Below, piece after piece: positions 44,001 to 59,282 of a stretch of DNA of 64,000 nt (within the stretch, counting starts at the first letter, position 1; every line of letters starts with the position of its first letter). A program made the position numbers and the translations under genes. The stretch is taken from assembly GCA_964016885.1 (NCBI GenBank), contig OZ024740.1, forward strand, positions 221,898,001 through 221,962,000, given 5' to 3'. The notes under the pieces were generated by a model. That model was not told the DNA's origin. It did no database searches and saw only the letters and a list, made by a program, of their open reading frames with translations. This stretch comes from Eledone cirrhosa. Lineage: Eukaryota.

Positions 44001-46908
44001 GCAAGGGCCCGGCTTCTGGAAGCTGAAAGCGTCGTTCCCGGCGCGCAAATTTTATAGAAACGGGTGCAATCGTCAACAACAGGTGGTGGTTTATCCGGAA
44101 AAGGGCCATTAGAGTAGAATAGATCAGGTTTAGCAAAGGAGTAGTGCTAGAGGAAAATAGAGGGAGAGTTAGTTAGAAAGCGAAAAGAGCCGTTTAGGAC
44201 AGGCATCGTAACCGACGTGCTTGCGGCGAGATTGACACACGACCAAAGCATGAAGGCTGCGTTGTAACAGAGCTAGAGTGCGTGCTCTAAGACACGAGGG
44301 GACGAAAGCCGTTCAATGGGCCCGGGTGGTGGAGGTGTGACGTGTGAACAAGTCCACTATTCGGTCTTTTCCTGATCAAAACGGGCGCATGTTGCTCGAG
44401 CCCGAGTATTATATGTACGGCTTTTCAACAGCACTTTGCTCAATTGTTCGGGAGCGGCGACGGCTGGATCGGGGTATGGACTTCGGTGCATACCTCGACG
44501 GACCGCCTCTCGATGACCGCAGCGCAGTGCTGCGAAAAGCCGACAACAGCCGGTGAAAGCCGGGAAGCGATGTCTGACTGCACGAGGGGTAAATCGCCAG
44601 GTTTGGATGGTCTGCCCTACGAGCTTTATGAGTATATGTCAGACTTGTTCGGTGACCTCTTGGCAGATGTCTACTGAAACTGGCAGCAGAACGAGAGCAT
44701 TCCCAATTTTGTGAGCTGGGGAACGGTGGGGCTGCTGAGAAAAGACCCGAACAAGGGGGACATTATAGACAACTTCAGGCCCATAACTCTGCTAAACGCA
44801 GAGTTTAAGATTTTGGCCAAGGTGTTAGCAAAGAGATTGGCGCCTGTCGTCGGTGATCTGGTGGGAGGGGCGTAGATATGCGCCATTCCGGACAGATCCA
44901 TCCACGACAACCTCCATCTCATGCGATACATCATAGAGAGGGTGGTTAAGGAACCTGGCACGGGTGGGGCCTGATCAACTTGGATCAATCTAAAGCATTT
45001 GATAGGGTCGACCATCGGTACCTAGCTACGGTCCTCGAGGCGCCCCGCTTCTGGCCCGTTTTTAGCGGCTGGATCGCTGCGAAGTACAGCGACATCTGCT
45101 CGATTGTGAGGGTGAATGGTCACATGTCACAGCCTTTCAGCATCATGCGCTTGGTCCTCCAGGGCTGCCCCCTTTCGTCCCTCTTGTACATACTGGCCCT
45201 CGAGCCGTAACTGCACAAATTAAGACGATGAGGGGGTACTACGCGAACTGGGATGCGGGATATCCGTGTCAGATTACGCGGACTACGTCACCGTGGTGGT
45301 GTCGAGCACCAAACACGTCTAGATGCTCGGTACTGCTCTCAAGGAACACGAAGCGGTGACAGGAGCAACGATAAACCAAACCAGGAAAAGTCGGTGGGCT
45401 TACAACTCAGCACCTGGAGAGGCAAGTTCATGCCGTTTGACAGAATCTTGGGGCGCTGGACGGAAGGACAACTTAAATTGCTCGGGGTCTGATTCGGTCC
45501 GGACCTCCAGATGGAGAAAATCTGGAACGAGGTGACGAGCAGGGTGGTCTCTCTCACCCAGAAATGGGCCGAGAGGAGGCTGTCTCTGAAAGGTCTGGCG
45601 GAGGTGGCGAATGCGTACATAGCGTCCGTCATCTGCTACCACCTGACCGTCGTACCTTGCCCCATCCCAACTCTGACCAAATTGGAGCGCCTTATCTTCC
45701 GCTTTTTTTGGAAGGGACGTGCTCCCGTGGTCAGGTGATCCATTTGTTGTCAACACCCGTTGCGTGGAGGACTAGGCATGCAGTGGCAGATGATGCGCAA
45801 ACATGCACTGAGGCTGCGACATCTCTGGTGCTTCCTTGACGGTGAACAGGTGTGGTCGCCGTTTGCCAGACGCGCTTTTCCCCAGCTCGTCTGCTTCACG
45901 GAGCTGCATTCCTGGATCAGGAAAAGACCGAGGGTTAACGCTTGGAAGCTGGAATCTCTCCAAGCGCTCACCGCCATCTACCAGCTGGGCACTAGTATCG
46001 GTGGAACATCCACCTCGACGTTCTCTAGAGGGCTAGTGGAGGTAAAGAGCGACTGTGTTCCCGGGGAGACCCTGGGCGTCGAAGACGATCATCTGTTCGT
46101 TCTTTTCAAGAGAACTTTCAGACTGGGGCCTATGGACAACTTCCAGAAATCCCTGGCAGTGCTACCGGGGAGCGGTGCCGGTTCGGGATAAGCTCTACAG
46201 GCACGGAGGTGCTGTCAGCCGAACCTGTCCGAGATGCGCGCAGGGCGACGAAACCGTCCTGCACGCACTTATTCAGTGCACGAGGATTTCTGACTTGTGG
46301 AGCTATGTCAAACAGCTGCTGTCGCGTGTAGGACAGATCCAGTTATCGACTGAGTCCATTGTGCAGATAGCCCCGCCATCCTCCTTTAAAGAGGAGGAAG
46401 GGTAGGCAGTTTTCATTTGCCTGGTGGCCTTGGTGAAAGAGATTCTGAGGTGGACAAGGCTGAAAGGGTTGAAGACGGACACTTTCCTCTTCGGCCAATC
46501 CCTGATTAACTTTTTCAAGTTTCACTTGAAGAGAAAAATCAGGATAGAGAGGCAAGTGCTGTCTTCTAGTAAGTTTGTTGAAAGGTGGGTGAAAATAGCG
46601 AGTCTGGTCCGAATGAACGGGCCCGCTCTGAGTATGCGCCTGTAGACTGAGGAGTCGGAAAAGTGAGAGAGGGCGCTTGCCCTGGTGGTCAGGGTGGCCG
46701 TGGCCCTTTTGTGTGGTTTTCGCCACGAGTGACCCTCGGAGGTTTCCTCCTTTTTGGGGAATTTTTGTTGTTTGAATTTTTTTGATTTCTAGCCCAATTT
46801 TGTTAGAACCTGTTTACACGACCAAAACCCACTTTGTATCGTCCTGTACTTTTCTGTGCCGTCTCTAATGTTTTTCTTCGTGTTAGCCCTTGTGGCCAAT
46901 AAAGAAAC
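41073..46908 (+). mobile_element. Near full-length Tx1/L1-type LINE, decayed
   Basis: ORF1 remnants 41392-43060 and ORF2 43263-46645. AATAAA near the end. (ATT)n on both flanks. Confidence 0.9.
43263..46645 (+). pseudogene. LINE ORF2 (APE endonuclease, RT, zinc finger), many stops and frameshifts
   Basis: IGSINVRGL, LVAVY.P, KSPGLDGLP.E.Y, NFRPITLLNAEFKILAK, DQSKAFDRVDH, QGCPLS, YADY, CPRC....ETVLHALIQC. Confidence 0.9.
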
Positions 46909-46946
<38 letters not shown>

Positions 46947-47610
46947 GGGTGGTGGATTGGTAGTATCAGTGGAGCGTCGGAAACAATGGCGCTTTATGTT
47001 CTAAGTTGAAATCCCGCCGGATTTAACTTTGCCTTTCATCCTTACGGGGTCGATAAAATAAATACCAGTCACGCACTGGTGTTGATTTAATCGACTTTCT
47101 ATTCCCCCTAATTGTTGGCCTTTTGCCTATATAAGAAGCCATTATTATCATTGTTGGAATGACAATGGCGGGGGCGGGCAAACTTGGTAGACCGAGGCAT
47201 AAAATGCTTTGTGGTATAAAGTATAAATACTTACAGTATTGGCAGAATTGTATCGGTTGAAATATATTGCTGTATTTTGTTACCTTTCTCTGCGATTTTG
47301 TTCCAAATTACGCCGAGGCCAACTTTGAAACTGGATCGATGTGATTGATCTTCCGTCCCCTCAAATTGTTGGCCTTATATCTAAATTAGAAGTAGAAATG
47401 GTGCTGGAGTGGCAGAATCGTTAGCGTATTTAACAAAATGCTTTGTGGTGTCTGTTCAGGTTCTTTACGTTCACATCTAGCCGAGGTTAGGTTTACCTTT
47501 CATCATTACGGGGTGTATAAAACAAAGTAACAGTAACGCAATGGTGTCGATTTAATTGATTAATCATCTCCCATTAAATTACTGGCTTTGGGCCAATGTT
47601 AGGAGAAATT
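46947..47610 (+). mobile_element. Cluster of three older, diverged family-A-related SINEs
   Basis: Repeated tggcagaat heads, cctttcatc..ggg blocks and aattg.tggcctt tails. Confidence 0.65.
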
Positions 47611-48317
47611 ATTAGCTATATTTTCATCGTGTACATTATCGAACAAGGTTCTATACGCTTTCTGTATGTACAGTGTTGGTTTTGGTGTTGTTTCTGTTGT
47701 ATTAAAAGTACCCTTCGTATAATGTGTTCGGTGACTAGTAGTGCTATTTCATGTATGCCGTGTATATTTATAGATCTAGGAGTTTTGGTATTGTATCTGC
47801 CTGTGTCTTTTTTTTATCATTCCCTGAGCACTCATAATAGGGATTGTTTCTGATTTGTTTATCCACATTTGGTGATTTCTATTTTCAGATATTTCTATTT
47901 GGATAATATAGCCATTGCGTTGAACTACTACGTCAGTTAGGAAGCATTTCTTTGTGATTTTATCTAGTCGATTAATGTTGTTATCCCTGCCGGTGTGCAT
48001 TGTCATAACAATAGTATGGTTGCTTTGTTATTCTCTGACACTTTTCTTTCCGATGAATGCCTTGGGAAAAAGAATATGTGTGTATGTGTGTGTAACTGGA
48101 TGGCTTAAGTAGCCCTAGGAGCATTTGAATTTCGAAATGTAGTCGTTCCAAGAGACCAAAATAATAATCGATCACATAATAGTTGAGAAAATCAAGTAAA
48201 GTACGCCTGGAGATGAAAAACAGTAGGATGACGGTGCCTGCAAAGAATCACGCCCCGTACGTATCTCACAGACACCGCGTGAGTGCGTTAAACACTATGT
48301 CAAAGGGACGCCGGTCA

Positions 48318-48508
48318 ATAATTGTTTCTATTTTTGGCACAAGGCCAACAATTATCCCAGAGCATTACTGGTGCTTTATTTTTGTCGACCTTGTAGGGAG
48401 GAAAGGCAAAGTTAACCTCGGCGGGATTTGAACTGAGACCGTAAAGGGACGTAACTCTATGTTGCAAGGCAAGGCGTCCGACCCTCTACTGATACTGCCA
48501 ATCAACCG
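48318..48508 (-). mobile_element. SINE family A with target duplication
   Basis: gacgc(c/t)ggtcaataat on both sides. Confidence 0.85.
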
Positions 48509-49004
48509 ACGCTGGTCAATAATACCGTCCTTTTAGAAGTGTTTAAGCCTGTAGTTTATTCTACACTGTTATTGATAGGGTTCACCCCTATTATAATTGG
48601 AATTTTTGTTGCGATCACTAGAGATACGCAGATCAGCGATTATAATGTTGTACATGGATATTTCAAGCGAATGTTCAGCCATATTTACAAGGACATACTT
48701 TACTTTGAGTTTCTTGATTTTAGCGTAAATAAGAATGCCATTGAATCTTAACTGTATGGTTTTATGATGGGTTGCAACAAGTAATATGCTAGGTTTCAGC
48801 TTTATGAACACTCTTAAAATATTTCGTGCCAATGAAATAAATACTAATTTAAACCTTAAACCAGAAATATACATATACATGTTTATTTTGGTTACCTGAG
48901 TAGAAGTAGAGAAATCTAATCATACTCTGCAACTAAAATTTACTTATTCATTTGATGGTCTGTACCAAGTGAATATTTGCTGTAATTGAATGTTTGTCTT
49001 CCAG

Positions 49005-49035
49005 ATACAATGTCTGCCATTAAATATTTATTGAG
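49005..49035 (+). other. Candidate 31-nt host exon
   Basis: tttgtcttccAG acceptor and GAG|GTAAGT donor. Contains an ATG reading MSAIKYLL. Confidence 0.35.
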
Positions 49036-49519
49036 GTAAGTTCTATTAACATTTAGAAAACACTAATATCTTAGGTTACAAATAAGAAATAACTTAAGAG
49101 ATTACGTTGTTTGCTCATGATTAGAGAATTATAGGAGTTTTATGAAGTCCATGTTGTAGGAGCAGTTGGAAAGAAAATATAAAAGGACGCTTTAATATAA
49201 CTATTTCCGAATTCCCATCTCGTGTATATACCAGTGAAATACTCTAGCCGATTTAATATTCCTATAAGGTATTGTAAATGTGAATAGAATCAAAATGGAA
49301 GAAAACACAGAATTTTATTTTATCTGCTGGTTGTTACAATAATCACGAGAAGCAGAAACATATTAGAACCGATTCATTTAATTCTGCCATCTCCTATAAA
49401 CATTATTAGCAACTAGCAGAAAAACAGCACGTGGACGGTTTTCTGCTAGCATATGTAGTGTGCATATTGGTATTATACGCAAATATATATATATGTAAAT
49501 TGAAAAGTAAATTGACAAT

Positions 49520-50205
49520 ATCTTCTTCTTCGCCCACTTATTTCTGAGAGGGTCGTGGGAGGCAGAGTCCTTCTCAAACACTCCTTCCAGTAGAGTCCTT
49601 CTCAAACACTCCAATCTGTCAGTAGCAAATATCTCTAACTGATCCAGCTGGATCCCAAAGCGTGACCAGCCAAGCTCATGGATGTTATCCAACTATCTTG
49701 CTCAGGGTCTACCTCTGGATCTCTTTCCGGTTGGTTTTGTCTGTAAAATGTGTCCAGCGATTCTTTACTGAAACATTCTAACCACATGCGCATAATATCG
49801 GAGTATTGATCTCTCAATTCGGAGAAGTAGCGGCTCTACCAGGACTCTCTGGTCTCTGAGTTATGCACTTTGTCGAGTAAAGTTATTCCAAAGACCCTTC
49901 CGAGGAACCCCATTTCTGCCGCTTTTATTTGCAATTGTATTCTTTTGGTCATTACTCAAGATTCATGATCCTCGGTAAGAGTTGGCAAGAATACCAGGAA
50001 GACAGCGAGTTTGGCTTTTACACCTACCCCACTTCATCCGATTGCTGAATGCTGAGGTTGGCGCATTACTGCATCAACTTTTGCAATTCTTGCACTTAAT
50101 TCACCCTCCTGCATTCCATCACTCATGAATACGACTGCAAGATACTTGAACTTCTCTAACTGCTTGAGTAGAACACCATTCACATGTATATACATTTGAG
50201 GGACT
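49520..50205 (-). mobile_element. RTE-type LINE 3' fragment
   Basis: LKQLEKFKYL...ELSARIAK...AAEMGFL.RV.G.T.LDKVHNS...GKRSRGRP. Ends in (GAA)n. Confidence 0.82.
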
Positions 50206-50309
50206 TCTGTCCACCCGTTCAACACACAATGTACATGTGTATTTGTGTGAATGTATGTGCCTGTAAAAAGAAGGAGATGGATACATACATATATGTCTAA
50301 CTTCAAAAC

Positions 50310-50435
<126 letters not shown>

Positions 50436-50519
50436 ACACACATACACACACACGCACACGGACGTGTCTCTAATTTAAGAACGCCGACAAAATCACGCGC
50501 GCGCACATACACACACTGT

Positions 50520-50940
50520 CATATTATCACTTAAGAGCTTTGGCCCGGGAAAACATCCCCTCAATTTTGGAACCGTCATTGATGGGAAATGACTTGACGG
50601 TCTTACTCTGTGCTCCTGCTCAAGAGGCAGGTGCCTTACCTGGGACGTCACAGTTAGTGACTCTTTTGCTTCTTCCCACATCCTGGATGCAGCGGTAAGG
50701 GCGAGAGCTACAGCATCCGCAGCTGATCGGAACAAAATCCTAAAATACCGTGTTCTGTCAGCTAACTACATTATCCGGCCCGTGGCGTTCGAGACGTTTG
50801 GAGGAGCCGGGCTACTGACAGCGAGGTTCTTATCTTCACTGGCAGCTCGGCAAACAGAGGTAACTGGTGATGCTCGTGAGGGCACTTGGTTGTTCCAGCA
50901 CCGCAGACTCGCCATCACCCCACGCTGCGAGCGTGCTGGC
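50520..50940 (+). mobile_element. CRE-type non-LTR retrotransposon endonuclease fragment
   Basis: DGK*LDGLTL...G..LTWDVT..D...KILKY..L....PVAFETFG...FL..LA....TGD.RE. Confidence 0.75.
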
Positions 50941-52079
50941 TTGCCTCAAACATTATTAGAGAGGTTTCCCAGTGCTCCTCGCTATATTGCTATCTTTTGC
51001 TCTGGTAATGTTTCGTTTCCCCACTCTTTGTCCTATGTGGTCTTAGATGTGGGTATTACGTGTTTGTGTGTTTTTTCTCTTTCTTTGTTCCTTTCCCTTT
51101 CCTTGGTATATATTATATATGTTTGTGTTTTCGTTATGTAACCATTATATTAAATTTTTATACAAATGAGTTTTAAAAAAAAGAGTTAAACTGTGTTGTT
51201 AATAAATAATTCATCGAACGCTGCTATGATGACTCTATGTGTGTGTTTGTGTAAATGTATATGTATGAATGTGTGTTAGTGTAAATGTATATGTGTGAAA
51301 GTATGTGTATTTGTGTGAATGTATGTCCGTGAGCGTGTATTTTTATAATTATGTGTTTGCGCGATTATAGTTATTTGCTCATAATAGTTACATACTCATA
51401 TATATAGATGTATGCGCGTCAGCGGTAGAAAATCATAATGACTCTATCTGTATCTCTGTCGTTACACACTCTCTCTTTCTATATGTATGGTAGTTGAAGT
51501 GGTGCTGGTGGCGGAGATATACCGGAAGTGTAGAAATTTGAAATTTTGAAAAGATCTCAATTTTAAATAGGCAATAACAATTATATTAAATTTAATAAAA
51601 AATTATGAAATTTAGTACTTAAATTATGTAATATTCATTTATTATTTATTCAAAGTAATCCAACTTATTTATTAACTCGATTAAAATATATAAACCGTAC
51701 GCAGTCCCGCACTCCTTACTTTATTATAGTTTAGATATCTTTTATTCAAAAGAAAACTGTATTCCATTTGAATAGTAGAACGTTGTAGAACAAGATGAAA
51801 ATTCATGATTTCATACAACTATCATTTTTCGGTGTATAGTAAACCTATTTAATTTTTTAATAATGAGAATATTACGGGGAAAAATGGAAGCCACAAAATC
51901 TCGTCTCCAGGTTGTAAACTATATAAGATTTTGAGACTTTTTAAGATAAGTATTTCATTTAAATAGAAGCAATTTGCTGATGAGAGAAACATTAGCTGTA
52001 AACGTATTTTATATGATTTAATTGCAAAGGCGTGTTCCTCAGAGAGAAAGAGACACGGGAGAGAGAAAGAAAGAGAGAA

Positions 52080-52160
<81 letters not shown>

Positions 52161-52923
52161 AAGTGTATGTGTGTGTGTATGTGAGGAGAGGAGTGAGTGT
52201 GCATGAGAAAACGTCATGTGAAATTCTTTTCTTGACAAAAAAGTAAAAATATATTATCACGATAAAATCAAAAGTAACAGAAGCATCTAAAGATATCAAA
52301 TAATAGCGAAGCTTGCTATTGTGAGGCTGTCTGTCATAATGACATTCATATCAAGGAAATAAAAAAGTTAATATTGGTTGTTGATGTTTCTTTGAAAACG
52401 GTTCTGATTATACAGATCTATCATTAAAAGCGTTCCAACTAGCACCATTCATCCTTTCTCCATTATCTATATCTACTTCTCCATTATCAAATGTGTCTCT
52501 TTTTTTATACGGGAGCGTCTGATATAGGGCGGATATTACCGCTATTTTCAGCATGTCACATATCCTCGTAAATGCACCCTCTGCTTGTGATTTTAGTGCG
52601 TAGACTAAGTTAAATACTATATATTTCGGTGTATGAGACCCGCATGTAATTTCAAAATCTGTTTGGCCTCTATATACTGAAGGTATGATAAAACAATAAT
52701 AGGATATACAAAACACAAGGCATGTATAAGAAGAGCTGATTATTAAATTTTTGTTAAATTATTCAAACATTTTCCTCAAAATTTGTTTGCATGCTAAAAT
52801 ACGTATTTTTATGTCTTCGGTTAATGCATTAAAACCCCTATATTTCTTGGCGGCCCTGCCTGCAAAAGGCTAAATGCACTGCCTTTATCTCACTATCTAT
52901 TTATCTATGTATCTATCTATTAA

Positions 52924-52954
<31 letters not shown>

Positions 52955-53334
52955 CAAAGGCTCCATTAATTCGTCGAGCTAATTCAAATGTCGTGTAAAT
53001 TCGGCTGCTATCTTTAGTGGCGTGAGTGTGCGAGACACGCTAAGTTCGGGAACCATATGTTCGGCACATATACACACACTATCCAGTTTTTTTTATTAGA
53101 TTTAGAAGTGATCAGGATACTAATTTCTTCACCCGCTGATGAGCTTAGGACTTTGTACTCCTTTTCACAAATAATATTGCGAAACAATTCTATCAAAACT
53201 GTCCGGGTGTTCGGTTGTTACCACAATTATGGTTTGTATTTATTTTTCTTGATTTATTGTTAAATTGAGCCTGGCAAACCCTTTTGTCTGTAGTTAGCGA
53301 TTCTGGTCCATTACGATTTGAACACATATATGTA

Positions 53335-54938
53335 CAGTGCCCCGCAAAAGTTTACAACACATTAGGAAAAATGCGGTTTTAGGTATTTTTAATAAAGTTA
53401 GGGTAATGAAAATGTGACTACTGATAGAACATATAGTGAGGCATTTAATGATACAATCATATTTTAAAAAAAAATAACAAGGAAATAACTCATGAAGAAA
53501 AATCAATATTTTTATAACGCAAAAGTTTACAACATATTATATTTATCGCTTTTTTTCAAGAAAATTCTTAAATTTTCAGATTTAAAATTCAGTAAAATGT
53601 TCTAGATTAGGTTTAAGGTAACTTCTAAGGACAATTAAAAACATTACGTCATTATTAGTCTGACAACCATCCTGTAAACATTGACAACCGTCCTGTAAAC
53701 ATTGACAATATGGGGAAAAATAAACTGATTGATCAAGACCTCCGTAAACGCATTGTAGACCTTCATACAAATAGTGTTGGTTATAGAAAGATATCTTGTC
53801 AGTTAAATGTGCCATTGAGTTCAGTTGGTACTATAATTCGTCACTGGAAATCTCATCATTCCATCTGTCCTCTAATTAGTTATGGTCGTCCTAGAAAGAT
53901 AACGGAACGTGCAGCTCGGTTATTGACGAGAAAGGTTGGCAACGAACCCCGGTGTACTCATTAAAATCTTTAGGATGACCTAGAAGGAAGTGGAGTAAAA
54001 GTGAGCACAGATACAATTAGTCGTTCACTACATCGATATGATATCTTCTCGAGGTCTCCAAGGAAAACACCATTTCTTACAAGGAAACACGTTCTTCGTC
54101 GATTAAACTTTGCAAATGAGCAACGCATCAAACCTGCGTCATTTTGGGAAGATGTACTTTGGTCGGACGAAACAAAAAATGAACTTTTTGGTCGAAATGC
54201 TGTGACAAAAGTCTGGAGAAAGAAAGGCACTGAATATTCGCAGAAGAATACTATTCCAACTGTAAAATTTGGAGGTGGATCAGTCATGGTCTGGGCTTGC
54301 TTTAGTGCCACAAGTGTAGGAAATATTGAAATAATAGAAGGAAGAATGGATGGCGCTTATTATAGAGGTATTTTGCATAGGAATTTACATCAAAGTGCAC
54401 ATTCTCTCAGCTTAAAGCCAGTTTGGTTTTTTCAACAAGACAACGATCCAAAGCATACTGCAAAGCTAACACAATCTTGGTTAAGTACGAATGGAACAAA
54501 TGTTCTAAAATGGCCATGTCAGTCTCCAGATCTTAGCCCGATCAAAAATTTGTGGAGAGAACTGAAACTCAGAATTCAAAAAAGGAAACCCCAAAATATC
54601 CCTGAACTACAGAAAATTTGTTGTGAAGAATGGAAAAATATTAGCCAAGAAGTTTGTAGGAGGCTACTCCAAATGCCTACAGGCTATAATTAGCAACAAA
54701 GGTTACGCTACAAAATATTAAGAGATGATTTAATAAATGTGTTGTAAACTTTTGCGTTATAAAAATATTGTTTTTTCTTCATGAGTTATTTCCTTGTTAT
54801 TTTTTTAAAAATATAATTGTATCATTAAATGCCTCATTATATGTTCTATCAGTAGTTAAATTTTCATTACCCTAACTTTATTAAAAATACCTAAAACCGC
54901 ATTTTTCCTAATGTGTTGTAAACTTTTGCGGGGCACTG
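53335..54938 (+). mobile_element. Full-length Tc1-like transposon with IR/DR ends
   Basis: TA|CAGTG...CACTG|TA. About 200-bp TIRs, each with two cgcaaaagtttacaaca repeats. Confidence 0.95.
53710..54721 (+). pseudogene. Tc1 transposase, inactive
   Basis: GRPRK, WSDETK, FQQDNDPKH, SPDLSPIKNLW (catalytic E changed to K). Stop at 53962 and a late frameshift. Confidence 0.92.
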
Positions 54939-55190
54939 TATATGTCTGTGTTCGTTTTTCTTTTTTGTTCAGTTATACAATATATACATATGTGTGTCTG
55001 TGTGTGGAGTTAATTCACAATGGGCTAGTTTGTGGTTTAAGAAGGAAGTTAACCACAAACTAGTCCATGGTGAATTATCTCCACTAAAGTCACACACACA
55101 TATGAATGAATTGATAGATAGATACATAGATAAATACATAGATAGCTAGATAGAAAGATATATAAATAGATGGATAGACAGATAGATAAG

Positions 55191-55258
<68 letters not shown>

Positions 55259-55274
55259 TAGATAGATAGATAGA

Positions 55275-55705
55275 TATATTTCTTTATTTGCCACAAGGGC
55301 GCACAAGAAAAAAGGACAATACAAAGACACATGCCGGGGATTTTACATACAGTCGTGTAAAAATATTGAAACAAACAATTATAACAATCGAAATCCCCAG
55401 AAATGGGTTGTTTAATACCCTGTCAATAGAACAACCCTCAACTTCAGGAGCCTGTTGTGCAAGTGCTCCCTTCTTCCTTTTGCTCTCTTCTTTAACCTAC
55501 AGGCTTATAAACAGAGAAGGCCCAATCACTCGGGCTATTTTTGCTTCATTCACCCACCTTTCAGTAAATTTACTGATTCTCCTTCTAAAAAGATACTTAA
55601 AGAAGGGAATCAATTGTTGTCCGGAGAGAAAGGCATCTGACCTCAGTCCTCTCAATCTCGTCCACCATATAACCTCTTTCATCATAGATGCACCCTCGCA
55701 AGCAC
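55275..55705 (-). mobile_element. 3' fragment of Tx1/L1-type LINE
   Basis: MKEVIWWTRLRGL...F.ERWV..A is homologous to 46424-46645. The tail abuts (CTAT)n. Confidence 0.8.
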
Positions 55706-55900
55706 TCAAAATAGTAACTTACGTTTAGTTTTACCGGTTACAAACGAATGCAATAATTTCATACCTGCACAACACTGTACATATGTTAGAAAATTATTTT
55801 ATTTATTTGTGTTCTTAATGATTAGATATTTCCTGCTATCGATAAATTTCACCATTCGTACTAAAATAACACCACGGACATTTTGATCTTAGTCTATATG

Positions 55901-55972
<72 letters not shown>

Positions 55973-56080
55973 TATATGTGTCTATGTATGAATGTATGTG
56001 TACATATATGATTAATCTATGCACACCCACATACACGCATATACATAGGTATATATGTGTGTGTGTACATATACATAGAC

Positions 56081-56122
<42 letters not shown>

Positions 56123-56509
56123 ACAAACACAAATAAACATATACGTTCCTTGTCTTGTTTTCCGGTACATGTAACTTTATTCAGTAGTCTGACTGAAAAT
56201 TTTCCATCCTTCAATTATTTTTCCCTAGTTTGCTTTCCACTTCATTCTCGTATTTCCTGTTCTGGGAACAATTCATTATATTGTAATCATCCAGGCTGCT
56301 TTGTTGTGGCATGAACTTATTCTGTTGATCCTAGCAATGAACCATGATATTGAATTTACTTTTACTTTACTATTGGCTTGGCTCCTCACCAAATCGTTAC
56401 ATACATAGGATTTTATAGATAATACCGTCAGTTCTGAACCTAACTGTCAGTAAATCTGAAGGAGCGTGATGTTTCTCAATAATATACTAACTTATTCTGA
56501 AAATGCGGG

Positions 56510-56820
56510 GCTTTGTAGTTGGGGTATTCGCCACACGATCGTAACGATATAAGTTCGATTCCCGGCGGCGTGGTGTGTCCTTGAGGAAGAGATTTTATTT
56601 CATGTTACTCCAGTTCACTCAGCTGGCAAACATGAGTCGTACCTGTAATTCGAAAGGCCAGCCTTCTCATATTCTGTGTCAAGCTAAATCTTCCTGAGAA
56701 CTACGTTAACGGTACGCATGTTTTTGGAATGCTTAGACACTTACACGTTAATTTTATGAACAGGATGTTCCGTTGATTGTATCAACTAGAACACTCATCG
56801 TTGTAAACCGACGAAGTGCC
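56510..56820 (+). mobile_element. tRNA-derived CORE-like SINE with longer tail
   Basis: B box gttcgattccc and tgtccttgagg. A diverged minus copy of the body lies at ~37340-37520 and a related head at ~63290-63435 on minus. Confidence 0.65.
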
Positions 56821-57218
56821 ACTTCAAACTTATTACTGAATTAGTTTTTCTGGTTTTAAATTTATAGATTTACATTCTCGTTCCCTAGATACCTTAAATT
56901 AATTTCATTCCTATCATTCATAAAATAAACCATTATTTATTAGATAACTTTGCTGGAAATATTTCTGTTTCATACAGACTATATGTTTGTAAGACAATTT
57001 GTTCACCTTTTCTTTACCATATTTCTCATGAAATACACTGGTTATGATTTTCAAATAATTTTGAAACTAATTATGATTTTTTAAGGATTTAATAAAATAT
57101 GAATATATGTATGTATATATGACTATGATTATATTATATATATATATATATATATATATTTTATATATATATATATATTATATATATATATTTTATATAT
57201 ATATATATATTATATATA

Positions 57219-58385
<1,167 letters not shown>

Positions 58386-58859
58386 TATGTAGATATAAAC
58401 ACAGTAAATTTTGTGTCTAAAAATTACGAGGGTAGAAAATACCACAAATGTTTTATATATTTAACCTGAAACATACAGTAAGATATAGAATTTCATATAG
58501 AGACCGTATCAGACCGTATTTAATAACCATTTCATCTCTGTGACAGATTAGAGATTTAATGTTTCGCCCTGAAAATTGTGTTTGTAACAGATAATCCTTA
58601 GGCATTTCGTCAACGAAAGATAAGATCAAATGAAACAAAACACATTTAACAAGAACTCACAAGAGTAAATACACCTTGTGGGTTTAAGCTATACGTGGTG
58701 TTAGTGGTTGTGCTAGAAATAATAGCCTTATTACACTCAACTTATGAGCTAACCTAGTTAGGGAGCCGAAATACAAATAAAATACAGAGTTATTAACTCA
58801 TATTGATACCCTGCAATTAACAGGCTCAAAGTATAAATACTGAGCATTAACTTTGGTTA

Positions 58860-59190
58860 CCGAGGTTAACTTTGCCTTTCATCCTTACGGGGTCGATAAC
58901 ATAAAGTACCAGTAATACATTGGGATAATTGCTGGCCTTGTGCCAAAAGTAGAAACAATTATAATAATAATATATTTGTGGTATTTTCTACCCTAGTAAT
59001 TTTAGACACAAAATTTACTGTGTTTATTTCTACATATATTATTATTATAATTGTTTCTACTTTTGGCACAATGCCAGCAATTATCCCAGTGCATTACTGG
59101 TACTTTATTTTATCGACCCCGTAAGGATGAAAGGCAAAGTTAACCTAGGCGCGATTTGAACTCAGAATTGCAAGGGCCGTAACTCTAATG
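58860..59190. mobile_element. Two tail-to-tail family A SINE copies within an inverted duplication
   Basis: 58860-58962 on plus and 59048-59187 on minus. Confidence 0.82.
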
Positions 59191-59282
59191 CTCAGTATTT
59201 ATACTTTGAGCTTGTTAATTGCAGGGTATCTATATGAGTTAATAACTCTGTATTTTATTTGTGTATATATATATATATATAT

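Noticed and set aside
52408-52716. 102-aa minus-strand ORF
   Set aside because: No recognisable motif or splice support, and the length is within chance range.
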